A DNA stretch of 64,000 nt from an uncultured Pseudomonadota bacterium (lineage in GTDB: Bacteria > Vulcanimicrobiota > Vulcanimicrobiia > Eremiobacterales > Eremiobacteraceae). Positions 23,127 to 32,814 of the stretch are shown here, piece by piece. Position 1 is the first letter of the stretch; each line of letters begins with the position of its first letter. The translations under genes were made by a program, and so were the position numbers. The notes below the pieces were generated by a model. That model did not search any database. It had not been told where the DNA came from and saw only the letters and a program-made list of their open reading frames with translations. Where the stretch lies: assembly GCA_963736005.1 (NCBI GenBank), contig CAVTNB010000002.1, forward strand, positions 96,001-160,000. Reading direction: 5' to 3'.

Positions 23127-25063
23127 ACCGATACCTCGGCAGTGTTTTCGTCGCGTGCCGCTGACCGCTCGACAGCGCCGATAAACGCGTCTTCCAACGA
23201 GAAGCGCGTTTCTCGCGCTTCGATGACACGGATGTCGTTTTTTGCAAGGAGCTCGGTCAATCTGCGCATGCTTTCGGTGACGTTTCCGTCCACGATCACG
23301 TGCAACCGGTTGCCGAACAGCGAGGCACGCCAGTTTTCTGCGGACGTTCGGAGCAGATCCGAAGCGCGTTGAGGCTGATCGGTCAAGAATTCGAGCAAGT
23401 GGCCCGTTTCTTGAGCCTTGATCTCATTTGGAGTTCCCTCGACCACGAGGCCTCCTGCAACCATCAGGCCCAGCCGGTTGCATTGTTCGGCCTCGTCGAG
23501 GTAGTGGGTGGTCACGAGAACCGCGGCACCGGCATCGGCAACCCGGTTGATCATCCTCCAGATCGAGCGGCGGGCCAGGGGATCGACTCCAGAAGTGGGC
23601 TCATCCAAGAACAGCACCGCAGGCTCGTGCATGATCGCCGAACCAAATGCCACCCGTTGTTTCCAGCCTCCCGGGAGGCTCCCGGTAATCTGGTGTTGCT
23701 TTCCTTCGAGCCCGGAGAACCCAAGCACCCACGCAATTTTCTCCGAACGCTCGGGCTCGCGGATGCCGTACACTGAGGCGTAGAACTCGAGGTTTTCGAC
23801 GATCGGGAGGTCATTGTACAGCGAGAATTGCTGCGACATGTAGCCGATCTGTTGGCGTTGTGTCGAGGAACGACGGCTGATGCGCTGACCCGCGAGCGAA
23901 GCTTCGCCACTGCTTGGTTCGAGCAAGCCGCAGATCATCTTGATGGTTGTGGTTTTGCCCGCACCGTTGGCGCCCAACAATCCGTAGATTTCGCCGTAGT
24001 GAATGTCGAAGCTCACGTTGCTCACTGCGGTGAAGGCGCCGAATCGCTTGCTGAGACTTTTTGCCGAAACGGCAACCTGACCGCGCAGGTTCGTGCGGTC
24101 GCGCCGGCGAGGAAATGGTATGTCAGGCGCCTGGTCGCCTTGCGCGCGCATCGCCGCCACGAAGACGTTCTCAAGCGTCGGCTCCTCAACGTCAAGGCCG
24201 AAAATGGCGACGCCGGCGGCTTGGGTCGCCTCCTTCACGATTGTCTTTTCACGCTCGGGATCGGTGACCAAGATATCGAGATGATCGCCATAGCGCTGGA
24301 CGTCGATGATGCCGGACTGGCCTCCACGATCGGTCGTGAGAGCACGCTCTGCTGCGCTCAAGTCGGAGGCTTGAAGCTCGAGTCGGGTCGCGTGCAGGCT
24401 CGCGCGAAGGGCCTCGGGTGTGCCGAGTTGTTGGATTCTCCCTCGATGCATGAACGCAACGCGGTTGCACCTCTCCGCTTCGTCAAGGTATGGGGTAGCG
24501 ACGAGGATTGTCAAGCCTTCGGCCGACAGGTGTGCCAACGCATCCCAAAACTCACGCCGAGATACAGGGTCGACACCCGTGGTTGGTTCGTCCAAGAGCA
24601 GTACCCGCGGTTCGGCAACCAGCGCGCACACAAGCGAGAGCTTCTTGGTCATGCCGCCGCTAAGCTGCGCCGCCAAGCGGTTCGAAAACCGATCCATCCC
24701 AAACATTTGCAAATAGCGCGTGCCGCGCTCTGCTATCTGCTCCGGAGCCACCAGCCGAAGGTCGCCTACGTAGCGGATGTTCTCGGCGACCGTGAGATCG
24801 GGGTAGAGGGTAAAGGCCTGCGTGAGATAGCCTGTTTGCGATCGAGCCTCACGTGCCGGCTGGCCAAAGATGCTCACCTCGCCCGAGCTAGGTTCCATGA
24901 CGCCCGCAAGGATTTGAAACGTCGTCGTCTTGCCCGCGCCATCCGGTCCAACCAACCCGAAGATTTCGCCGCGGTTGACGTCAAACGTGACACCGCACGC
25001 AGCTTCGAGCGATCCGTACCGCTTGTGCAGATCCTTGACGGAAACGGCGAGCGCGGCGCTCAT
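23123..25063 (-). CDS. ABC exporter with two ATP-binding domains (YbhF-like)
   Basis: GPDGAGKTT/LSGG/DEPTTGVD and GANGAGKTT/LPGG/DEPTSGVD. Confidence 0.92.
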   Translation of the reverse strand: MSAALAVSVKDLHKRYGSLEAACGVTFDVNRGEIFGLVGPDGAGKTTTFQILAGVMEPSSGEVSIFGQPAREARSQTGYLTQAFTLYPDLTVAENIRYVGDLRLVAPEQIAERGTRYLQMFGMDRFSNRLAAQLSGGMTKKLSLVCALVAEPRVLLLDEPTTGVDPVSRREFWDALAHLSAEGLTILVATPYLDEAERCNRVAFMHRGRIQQLGTPEALRASLHATRLELQASDLSAAERALTTDRGGQSGIIDVQRYGDHLDILVTDPEREKTIVKEATQAAGVAIFGLDVEEPTLENVFVAAMRAQGDQAPDIPFPRRRDRTNLRGQVAVSAKSLSKRFGAFTAVSNVSFDIHYGEIYGLLGANGAGKTTTIKMICGLLEPSSGEASLAGQRISRRSSTQRQQIGYMSQQFSLYNDLPIVENLEFYASVYGIREPERSEKIAWVLGFSGLEGKQHQITGSLPGGWKQRVAFGSAIMHEPAVLFLDEPTSGVDPLARRSIWRMINRVADAGAAVLVTTHYLDEAEQCNRLGLMVAGGLVVEGTPNEIKAQETGHLLEFLTDQPQRASDLLRTSAENWRASLFGNRLHVIVDGNVTESMRRLTELLAKNDIRVIEARETRFSLEDAFIGAVERSAARDENTAEVSV

Positions 25064-26265
25064 TGCATTCGGCCGGCCTTGGGCCAAGCGTCGCCCTCAA
25101 CCAATATTTCGCCGTCTGCCGGCATGCCCGGCTTGGCATAGCCGATAGCACCCAAAATGGCAAGCTTGACGCCGAACACCTGCTTCACGCGATCTTCGCG
25201 AAAATACGTGTTTTCTGGGGTGAATGTCGCCTGCGGATCGATGCGCAAGACGTAGGCGTCGATCGGCTGGTTCGGGTTGGAATCGAGGTACACGCGCGCG
25301 TGTTGGCCGACTTTGATCTCGCCAATTTGTTCCTCAGGCACGAAGCCCCGAAGATAGAGCTTGTGCAGGTCGAGCAGGGTGATGATGGGCGTACCGGCAG
25401 TCACCACTTCGCCGGGCTCCGCCGCCCGCGTCATCACGGTTCCCGCAAACGGCGCGCGCACCGTGAGATCCGTGCGGTTGGCTTGCGCTTCTGCAAGTTC
25501 GGCGCGCGCTTCGTTGATCTGTGACGTTGCGCTGGCGATGACCGAGGTTTGTTGAGCGAGTTCACTTTCGATCGCTGAGGTTGCGCTCGCGCGGATGCTC
25601 GGGTTGGCAAGGTTTGCACGGGCGACCGTCAGCGCGCCGCGAGCAGAGCCTATCCGGCGACGTTCTGCCGCAACGACGGCAGCAAGCTGATCCGCCGTTG
25701 ATTCTGATTGTCTTGCGTCACGCTCCGATATGGCGCCCGAGCGCCAAAGTTGTTCATTGGCGTTCTTGTCGAACAAGGCAAGACGATACGCTGCTTGTTG
25801 TTGGGCGTAGTCCGCTTGCGCGGCGGTATAGTTCGCCTCCGCTTCCCGCACGCGCCCATCGGCATCAATCTGCGCCTGCTGTTGCTGCAACACAGCTTGT
25901 TGGAGCTGCGCTCGAAGAATGTTCACTTGTTCGTCGGCGGCTTGGGCACGCGCTTGGGCGTCCGCGACAGAAGCTTGTGCCCTGTCCTCTTGTGCCCGCA
26001 GCTGCGCGTCATCAAGTGTTGCGATGATCTCGCCCGCGCTGACTTGGTCGCCTTCGCGTACACGAACCGCAAGGATTCGGCCGCCTAGCTTTGGCGCGAT
26101 AGCGCTTTCGTCGCCATCGACACGGCCGCTCAAACTGATCACACCGGTGGAACCCCTCGGTGCGAGCAGGCGCCATGCCACAAACGCCACAACGGCGAGC
26201 ACGACCACCAAAACAACCAAACCCAGTCGCCTGCGACGCATCCGCAACGCTGCTTCCGCACTCAT
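25060..26265 (-). CDS. HlyD-family efflux membrane fusion protein (YbhG-like)
   Basis: N-terminal TM, V.VREGD.V, coiled coil, RAPFAG, FTPEN, KPGMPAD. Confidence 0.9.
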   Translation of the reverse strand: MSAEAALRMRRRRLGLVVLVVVLAVVAFVAWRLLAPRGSTGVISLSGRVDGDESAIAPKLGGRILAVRVREGDQVSAGEIIATLDDAQLRAQEDRAQASVADAQARAQAADEQVNILRAQLQQAVLQQQQAQIDADGRVREAEANYTAAQADYAQQQAAYRLALFDKNANEQLWRSGAISERDARQSESTADQLAAVVAAERRRIGSARGALTVARANLANPSIRASATSAIESELAQQTSVIASATSQINEARAELAEAQANRTDLTVRAPFAGTVMTRAAEPGEVVTAGTPIITLLDLHKLYLRGFVPEEQIGEIKVGQHARVYLDSNPNQPIDAYVLRIDPQATFTPENTYFREDRVKQVFGVKLAILGAIGYAKPGMPADGEILVEGDAWPKAGRMQ

Positions 26266-26915
26266 GTATTAGGCCCACCCTCTCCACTGCTTGTTAGGGT
26301 CCTGCGGCGACCTCTCGTTAAACGGAGATACGCCAGGGAGAAATCTGCAATGTGATCGGCAATTCGTTCACGCCGCATGGGAAGAATTTTAAAGTGTGCC
26401 ATCCTCATGAAGAACATGACCTGACCCAAAATGCTGTACGTGCACAAGGACGTTCGTTCATCACTCGCTGGAAGAGCAAGAATGCGAGCGACGATCGAGC
26501 GCATTCGATCGTACGCAGGACCAAGGGCGTCCTTGACGAGACGACCGATCGGAAGCGAAGGCTGCGCGATCTCATGAGCCAGCAACTGAAGCTGCCACGT
26601 CTGCGCACTCGAATCGCTAAGGTTTCTGGCCATCCCGGCGATGAGGTTTCGAAGCATCTTCTCAGGATCTACCTTGGTTTCCGAGGCGGGCTCGTCAAGC
26701 TTGGGCCCTGTCCCCGGTATCGCTTGCCGCAGAACTTCTGAGTACAAACCTCTCTTATCGCCGAAGTGATAGTTGACCGCGGCGATATTGGCATGCGCGC
26801 GGGTGCAGATCTCCCGCACCGTCGCCCCCTGGAAGCCACGATTGGCAAAGACGTGTTTGGCCGCTTCGAGGAGATGCTCTCGGGTCGGGTCCTGTCTTCG
26901 GCGCAGGGCTCTCAT
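26262..26915 (-). CDS. TetR-family regulator (CecR/YbiH-like)
   Basis: GFQGATVREI...ANIAAVNYHFGDK HTH; first gene of efflux operon. Confidence 0.9.
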   Translation of the reverse strand: MRALRRRQDPTREHLLEAAKHVFANRGFQGATVREICTRAHANIAAVNYHFGDKRGLYSEVLRQAIPGTGPKLDEPASETKVDPEKMLRNLIAGMARNLSDSSAQTWQLQLLAHEIAQPSLPIGRLVKDALGPAYDRMRSIVARILALPASDERTSLCTYSILGQVMFFMRMAHFKILPMRRERIADHIADFSLAYLRLTRGRRRTLTSSGEGGPNT

Positions 26916-26946
26916 TCAAACATGTATTTTAAATATTTGTTTGAAT
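26914..26946. promoter_or_regulatory. 33-bp AT-rich palindrome, probable TetR operator
   Basis: ATTCAAACATGTATTT-T-AAATATTTGTTTGAAT (14/16 arm match) filling the whole intergenic gap. Confidence 0.7.
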
Positions 26947-26948
26947 CC

Positions 26949-27944
26949 CTACAGGCGGCCCTCCAATGTGCGGATCGACTGGGGTGGCCCGGCGGCGACC
27001 AACTCGTCACCCGGCGCCAGCGCGGTATCGCCGGACGGGCCAAACAACATCGTATCGTTACGCTTGATTGCCAAAACGATCACCTGCTTATCGTTGCCAA
27101 CCAAACTCCCGAGCGACAGACCTACCCACCGCGAACCCACCGGTATGGTCACGTCCTCCAGGAGCAGTTCGCTGTTCCCCGCTTGCAGCACGGTGTCCAC
27201 GAACTCGACTGCGGTCGGACGCATCGCGAGGGCGGCCATGCGCCGGCCGCCGATCGTATATGGCGAGAGGATGCGGTTGGCACCCGCGAGTTTCAACTTG
27301 GGCTCAGAGTCGCTTTGGTTCGCGCGTGCAACGATAAACAGGTTCGGTTCTAGCACGCGAGCGGACAACGTAACGTAGATGTTGTCGGCGTCGCTGTCAA
27401 CGGCAGTAACCAGTCCGCGCGCACACTCAATACCTGCCTCGCGAAGCACGAGCACATCTGATGCATTGCCATGCACGACGGTAAAGCCGTCCTGCACAGC
27501 GCGATGCAGCGAGTCTGCGTTAATGTCGATGATGACGAACGGCATTCCTTCGTTTTTGAACTCGCGGGCAATCTCACGCCCAACGCGTCCGTAGCCACAC
27601 AAAATGAAATGATCATGCATACGACGCACCATGCCGCGCATGCGGCGCGCCTCGAACTCCTTGCCGAGATGACCCTCGAATAGGTAACCGATCAGCGCCA
27701 GCAGCGTGTACGTCAGGACGCCGAAGCCGACAACGATCACGACAAGCGTCAACCATCGTCCTGCCGTGTCGAGTGGTCGTGGCTCGCCACCCGTTGTGCT
27801 GACGGTCATAATCGTCATGTACAGCGCGTCGAACCACGACCAGCCTTCGATGACTACGTAGCCAACCACCGACAGCAGCAGTACGGCTACGAGTAAGGAG
27901 ACTGCAATGAGAACGCGCTTTGGGGCGATCGATTGAAAGTGCAA
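26949..27944 (-). CDS. Potassium channel protein with TrkA-N/TrkA-C (RCK) domains
   Basis: Two TMs with pore helix TVSTTGG, CGYGRVG Rossmann, NIYVTLSAR. Confidence 0.9.
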   Translation of the reverse strand: MHFQSIAPKRVLIAVSLLVAVLLLSVVGYVVIEGWSWFDALYMTIMTVSTTGGEPRPLDTAGRWLTLVVIVVGFGVLTYTLLALIGYLFEGHLGKEFEARRMRGMVRRMHDHFILCGYGRVGREIAREFKNEGMPFVIIDINADSLHRAVQDGFTVVHGNASDVLVLREAGIECARGLVTAVDSDADNIYVTLSARVLEPNLFIVARANQSDSEPKLKLAGANRILSPYTIGGRRMAALAMRPTAVEFVDTVLQAGNSELLLEDVTIPVGSRWVGLSLGSLVGNDKQVIVLAIKRNDTMLFGPSGDTALAPGDELVAAGPPQSIRTLEGRL

Positions 27945-28089
27945 GTGTCCTCGTTATCTGGCCGCTCCTTTGCAGGTTGGGCTAGACTCTACGACAATTT
28001 ATTTCCCTACTACTCCCCACCACTCCGCGAGCCGAAGAAAACCACCCACAAACCAAGAACTCACGAACCTCGACAGGTCAAGCCCTTCA

Positions 28090-28266
28090 GTGAAATGTGG
28101 GAGAAGCTTGGGGCTGATACTCATACCGACGTCGTCGAGCACGTTTAGGGTAGCCGACGATCCGGCGGATTACGTGTTTATCCGCGATTCGAAGGGGGCG
28201 GTCATCGCACTGCTCAGCTTTCAATCTCATCTTCCGAACGATGTACTATCGCCAGCGGTGACTTAG
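28090..28266 (+). pseudogene. Possible C-terminal gene remnant (DUF3471-like beta-strand pattern)
   Basis: LIPTSSSTFRVADDPADYVFIRDSKGAVIAL reads like a protein tail with no proper start. Confidence 0.25.
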
Positions 28267-28340
28267 GCACAGGTTAGCTGCGTAATTTAGACTATCACGG
28301 GAACCCCGCAATCCGCCGTCAAAGGGAGCTCCGCGATTGT

Positions 28341-28434
28341 GGGAGAAGTCTGCGGCTGGTGCCGCTGCTGGTCTTCAAAACCAGTTGGTCTTCGATTCTC
28401 GAGGACTGGTAGGTTCGATTCCTATCTTCTCCCG
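28341..28434 (+). tRNA. selC: tRNA-Sec (anticodon UCA)
   Basis: 8-bp acceptor GGGAGAAG/CTTCTCCC, D arm GCGGC-TGGT-GCCGC, CTGGT-CTTCAAA-ACCAG anticodon arm, long variable arm, GTAGG-TTCGATT-CCTAT T arm, G discriminator. Confidence 0.95.
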
Positions 28435-28453
28435 CCGGTAATCGTATGTCACC

Positions 28454-29044
28454 TCACGGCATGCCGTAGAGGCCCCCGTTTTCAATATAGATGATGTACG
28501 TGCACGTTTGCTTGGTGCATAAATGATCGTTCGTGATGTTTCGCAGGTTGTCGAGCGTTGGATCAAACGCGCCATTGTCTCGTAGATCCCACGTGCCGTA
28601 TTTCGGATTTAAAGCCGGATTGTCGTAGATATACTTTACCGGTGGGTCGCTGCCTGGGATATAGGGCGTCATATTCAGGTATGGGGGCTCGAGCTTGTCC
28701 AAGGACGCCGGAAACTTCCCACCGTTGTCTACTGAATATTCTTCAAGCGCCGTGGCAATTTGTTTCAAGTTCGATTCGTCTGTTGTGGTCTGCCGGCGGC
28801 GACGGAGTTCGTCCTCTGCGGCAAGCTCGCGTTGCGCAGAACGACGCAGCACTTGCTTACCGATCAGCTCCCCGAGCAGAGCACCGATAAAGCCACCAAT
28901 GAGACCATCGGTCGTCGCGTTCGCCTCTGTGATGCAGCCACAGCGCCCAATGGGGTCGTGCGCAGCGCGCACGTCTGTAGGCGCGGTGGCTACAAAGGCG
29001 GCAATGAACGCAACTAAGACGGCCTTGGCAAAGCATCGGTGCAT
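28454..29044 (-). CDS. Secreted protein with glycine-zipper-like segment and pseudopilin-G-like domain
   Basis: Signal peptide, GGFIGALLG, SNLKQIATALEEYSVDNGGKFPASL..L.P.YL. Confidence 0.6.
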   Translation of the reverse strand: MHRCFAKAVLVAFIAAFVATAPTDVRAAHDPIGRCGCITEANATTDGLIGGFIGALLGELIGKQVLRRSAQRELAAEDELRRRRQTTTDESNLKQIATALEEYSVDNGGKFPASLDKLEPPYLNMTPYIPGSDPPVKYIYDNPALNPKYGTWDLRDNGAFDPTLDNLRNITNDHLCTKQTCTYIIYIENGGLYGMP

Positions 29045-29159
29045 GATTTGGCCGGTTCGAACACTGCGCAAATGAAAGCCTTTCTAAATGGTACGAATCG
29101 GGAGCCGGCGAACCACCTCTTGACCCTCATGGCAAGCTAACCACCAGTGGAGGAAAACA

Positions 29160-29686
29160 TGCGTTATCGCTTCTTCCTACTCGGCGTGATCGTTGCGGCG
29201 CTGGCCTGTGTGTCACCCGCGGCAGCGCAGCCAAACGGGATGTCCAACGCCATGGCACCATGGCATCCCATCAAAGTGAACTCATGCAACCCGCAGTTAA
29301 ACACCAACGCCTATCCCGGATACGTTACCGGTTACTATCCGCGACTTGGACCCTACGGCTGGTACGATGTCTATGGCGTCCGATACGTGCAACCGGTAAT
29401 GACCGGCAGCGCGCATTTGGGAATCGACTACGTCAACGCCACGCAGAAGGTTATGTCGAGCATCGAATTCGGGTTGCTCGCGCGTGGTTCGTTAGTTGCT
29501 GAAGTGAGAGACGTTGGCACGTTCTCACCCGGCGCAGAAATCAAACACGAGTTCGGCATCAGTCCCAACGTATTTCCGCTGGGAACGGGCCTGCCCGTGT
29601 GCGTGCCGCTGCGCATTACGTTTGCGGATGGCACGAAGTGGAGAAACCCGCATCTCCCGGCTATCCAACGAAGCATCTACCGCTAA
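29160..29686 (+). CDS. Secreted hypothetical protein
   Basis: GGAGG RBS, signal peptide (..PAAA|Q), DVGTFSPG and FADGTKW beta-sandwich-like motifs. Confidence 0.7.
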
Positions 29687-29717
29687 CCACCAACCGTTAT
29701 CATCCGCATAGAAGCTC

Positions 29718-29750
29718 AAGCGGTCAGCAAAAGCTGACCGCTTCGTTTTC
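29718..29750 (+). terminator. Rho-independent terminator
   Basis: AAGCGGTCAGC-AAAA-GCTGACCGCTT followed by CGTTTTC. Confidence 0.7.
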
Positions 29751-29753
29751 TTG

Positions 29754-29778
29754 CGCGCGAATAAATTCGCGCGACTAC
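29754..29778 (-). repeat. GTAG-REP family A
   Basis: Minus strand GTAG-TCGCGCGAATTTATTCGCGCG; partial direct duplicate TTCTTGCGCGCGA at 29782-29794. Confidence 0.8.
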
Positions 29779-29794
29779 ATCTTCTTGCGCGCGA

Positions 29795-30313
29795 TTACGT
29801 TTTGAATTCGGAGCGCAGCAACGACATCCACATCACGTCCACCCACTGGCCGTCTTGGTACATGAACCTGCGCAGCAGTGCCTCATACTGAAAGCCGCAG
29901 CGTGCGTAGCATGCGATGGCGCGGCGATTCGACGGATAGACACCCAGTTCGATTCTGGGCAGTTTCAACGTGCGAAAGCCAAACTCGCACAGTTTCGTTA
30001 CTGCCAGCGTCCCCACACCCTTGCCGCGAAAGCGTGGCTCGAAAATGGCAATCGTCAGCTCTCTGCCGGCAAATCGGGGTGCACGCAGCGTGCACAATCC
30101 CACCAACGTTTCTCCAAGGAGGATGGCAAAGAGATGCTCGTCTTTTGATTGAGTGAGCTCCTCGAACCATCCCAGCATGGATGGGAGCGAGCGGGGAAGC
30201 GACCAGCGAGTCGTTTGCGCGGCGGTGCCGGAGGCAAAGCCATCGCGAACGGCTGGGATATCTGCGCGGCGCAAGGAACGGACGCGGACCTGCGGGCGAA
30301 CGTCGCGCTTCAT
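29795..30313 (-). CDS. GNAT N-acetyltransferase (RimJ/RimL type)
   Basis: FRGKGVGT, L.RIELGVYPSN.RAIACY..CGF.YE. Confidence 0.85.
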   Translation of the reverse strand: MKRDVRPQVRVRSLRRADIPAVRDGFASGTAAQTTRWSLPRSLPSMLGWFEELTQSKDEHLFAILLGETLVGLCTLRAPRFAGRELTIAIFEPRFRGKGVGTLAVTKLCEFGFRTLKLPRIELGVYPSNRRAIACYARCGFQYEALLRRFMYQDGQWVDVMWMSLLRSEFKT

Positions 30314-30885
30314 TCCGCTGAATCGTCCCGGCGCAGAAGCCACTCTTCGTGCAGCGTGCTCATCACCACGACGTCACGCAGCTTACCTCGAGCGAACTGA
30401 TACTTGCGGAGCAGCCCTTCGCGCGCAAACCCGGCCTTTTCGTAACAACGGATGGCCCGAAGATTGTCCGGTAAGACGAACAGCTCGATGCGATGCAGGG
30501 GCAGCGCTCGAAATGCGCCGTCAACAAGAACCTCCACCGCGTCCTGGCCATAGCCGCGATCCCAGTAGCGCGTGTTGTGAATGCCAACACCCAATTCGGC
30601 ATGCGCATCGGTCACGCGTAACATAATGAGGCCAATGTCCAGGCCGCTGTGAGTTTGGATGATGAAGGTGGGTCGCTTCGGGTCGGTGGATGCGCGCGCC
30701 GCCCAAGCCTGCTCTGCGCGCGCCGATCGCGGGAGGAGCCCGGCCAGCCACTGTTGCGCCAGCGGATCGTTCATCCATCGCTGGAGCAGCGGCACGTCTT
30801 CGGGCTCAACCGGTCGCAGCCGAATTTTCTTGCCCCTAAGCCAGGTCGCGGGCAGTCGGCGCCGCGACGTCGAAGCAGAGGTCAT
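30310..30885 (-). CDS. GNAT N-acetyltransferase (RimJ/RimL type)
   Basis: IRLRP, YWDRGYG, HRIEL.V...N.RAIRCYEKAGF.REG; start uncertain. Confidence 0.85.
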   Translation of the reverse strand: MTSASTSRRRLPATWLRGKKIRLRPVEPEDVPLLQRWMNDPLAQQWLAGLLPRSARAEQAWAARASTDPKRPTFIIQTHSGLDIGLIMLRVTDAHAELGVGIHNTRYWDRGYGQDAVEVLVDGAFRALPLHRIELFVLPDNLRAIRCYEKAGFAREGLLRKYQFARGKLRDVVVMSTLHEEWLLRRDDSAE

Positions 30886-32431
30886 GCCACGCCGCTTCGG
30901 AGCTTTGGCGTTTCTCATCCTGATCGCTGCATTCGCCGGCCCCAACGCCCGTGCCGCTTTGTCACATGCTTCTCCCACGCCCTCAGCGACAGCACTGCCC
31001 TCGGCTGACAGCATCTTTGCGCATCACCACGCGGCCATGGGGAGGTTGCCATCGCTCATTGCCCACTGGTCAGGAACGATTGTTGACAATGGGCAAGCGG
31101 CCAAATACGATATCACGGCGGCCCGCGATGGCCGCTTCCGGCGAACGTTCACGCTGGCGCTGACTCAGCTGAACGATGGCAGCAATCTGTATTTGGATTG
31201 GGGCCAAGACGAAAACGGTAACGTGCAGACCTCTCTGGCGCAGCGTCATCAATCGATGGATTCAAGGCTTGTGCGGCTCAACGATCTCCGCTTCGAATCG
31301 CGCGGCTCGGTCGTCACCGGCATAACGACCATCAACGGCCGAAAGGCATATTCGGTGAGCATTGCGATGCAGGGAACCACTGCGCTTGTTTATTTCGACG
31401 TTCAATCGGGTTTGCTCGATGGGTGTGACATTGGTTCGGAGACGATTCGCTACCGCTCGTATCGCCATTTCGCAGGAGTCGCCGTGCCGATCGACATCAT
31501 CGAGAGCGGGCCGGATGAAAATTTGAGCATCACGGTTGACAAGGTCGATTTCGTCGCTGAGACCCGCGGCGAGTTCGATCCCCCGGAACAGCGCCGACCA
31601 GCCTTCCCACCCGGAGTCACCCAAGTCAGCATCGCGTTCGATTCACCACGCGGGCTCATCGTGTGCCCCGCTTTGGTGAACGGTCACCTTGCACGCTTTA
31701 TCATCGATTCGGGCAGCACAACCTCGATCATCGATGCCGATGCTGCAAAGCGCTTGAACCTCACCACTGGCGGGGTTTCCCACGTGGAAGGGGCCGCCGT
31801 CATGACGGGAACGGTCGCGCGCATCGACACGCTGAATTTAGGTGGCGTTGTCTTCGCGCCTCTCTTCGTTCAGGCTGTTCCCCTGCGGCTTCCCAGCCGT
31901 CTTCAGCATGAAGGCATCGACGGCGTGCTGGGATATGACGTTCTCACTCCGCTGGTTGCGCGTATCGCGTTCACCCGCTACGAGCTGCGCTTGATCCAAG
32001 CGAGCTCCTTTGTGTACACGGGAACCGGCGCAGTCGTTCCCATCGACACGTCCAAACGCATACCGCTGGTCACCGCGACAGTCGGCAGTAAAGATCAAGG
32101 CACGTTTACCATCGATACCGGCAGCTCGGCCACGCTTGTGCTGTATCCGGAGTTCGCGAACCTACATCGCTTCGATTTTGTCAATCCCTACGAATCGGAC
32201 CCCAACATCGCTTCTGGTGCAGGAGGGGACATGCCCACCCGCCTCTATCAGATTACGCGACTCACGCTGGGCAAATATGACGTCACCGATGTTGCCACCG
32301 AGGTCATTATGCGGGAAGAGGGAGCCTTCGGCGCCTCAAACTCCGATGGCCTTATCGGCAGCGGTGCGCTCGCACAGTTTGATGCGGTGTTCTTGGATTA
32401 TGGCAACAATCGATTGATTTTGGAGAAATGA
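30884..32431 (+). CDS. Secreted aspartyl protease family protein with two retropepsin-like domains
   Basis: Signal peptide; FIIDSGS...DGVLG and FTIDTGS...DGLIG motifs. Confidence 0.85.
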   Translation: MPRRFGALAFLILIAAFAGPNARAALSHASPTPSATALPSADSIFAHHHAAMGRLPSLIAHWSGTIVDNGQAAKYDITAARDGRFRRTFTLALTQLNDGSNLYLDWGQDENGNVQTSLAQRHQSMDSRLVRLNDLRFESRGSVVTGITTINGRKAYSVSIAMQGTTALVYFDVQSGLLDGCDIGSETIRYRSYRHFAGVAVPIDIIESGPDENLSITVDKVDFVAETRGEFDPPEQRRPAFPPGVTQVSIAFDSPRGLIVCPALVNGHLARFIIDSGSTTSIIDADAAKRLNLTTGGVSHVEGAAVMTGTVARIDTLNLGGVVFAPLFVQAVPLRLPSRLQHEGIDGVLGYDVLTPLVARIAFTRYELRLIQASSFVYTGTGAVVPIDTSKRIPLVTATVGSKDQGTFTIDTGSSATLVLYPEFANLHRFDFVNPYESDPNIASGAGGDMPTRLYQITRLTLGKYDVTDVATEVIMREEGAFGASNSDGLIGSGALAQFDAVFLDYGNNRLILEK

Positions 32432-32455
32432 GCGGACCTAAAGGTCCGCTGCTAC
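32431..32455 (-). repeat. GTAG-REP family B
   Basis: Minus strand GTAG-CAGCGGACCTTTAGGTCCGCT between convergent genes. Confidence 0.85.
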
Positions 32456-32457
32456 AT

Positions 32458-32814
32458 TTATAATTGGTCGCGTTGAGCGCGTTGGTCGACAAGCTCGGAC
32501 AGGCGTTGCATCGCATCGTCACCCAAGGAGATAAAGGCGACGCCCACTTCGCCGAGGTGCGACGTGCGCACGATCGCCGCATCGATATTCACCGTCGCAT
32601 CGATCGCAATGGGAATGTGAATGACGATCCGCGTTTCCTGATCCAGCGGCTCGTCCGTCAGCAGCAACACGCCACCAAGACTGATATTGTCGACCATGGC
32701 CGCACATAGGCGCCCGGATTTTGCTTCGGTGAACGTCACCGGCATGGAGATGTTGAATCGAGGGGCCTGGCGCCGCTCAGACGGATGCTGGCCCTGAGGC
32801 GTCGGCACGGCCAT
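32458..32814 (-). CDS. PilZ domain (c-di-GMP binding) protein
   Basis: RRQAPR (RxxxR) and DNISLGG motifs; TGATG coupling to upstream gene. Confidence 0.85.
   Translation of the reverse strand: MAVPTPQGQHPSERRQAPRFNISMPVTFTEAKSGRLCAAMVDNISLGGVLLLTDEPLDQETRIVIHIPIAIDATVNIDAAIVRTSHLGEVGVAFISLGDDAMQRLSELVDQRAQRDQL

Noticed and set aside
23828..25141. Long opposite-strand ORFs (23828..25141, 49344..50612, 45046..46026, 19380..20291 and similar)
   Set aside because: Antisense shadows of well-supported genes in GC-rich DNA, with no recognisable motifs.
28434..29750. Integrative element at the selC 3' end
   Set aside because: No integrase and no duplicated tRNA 3' fragment seen in the window.
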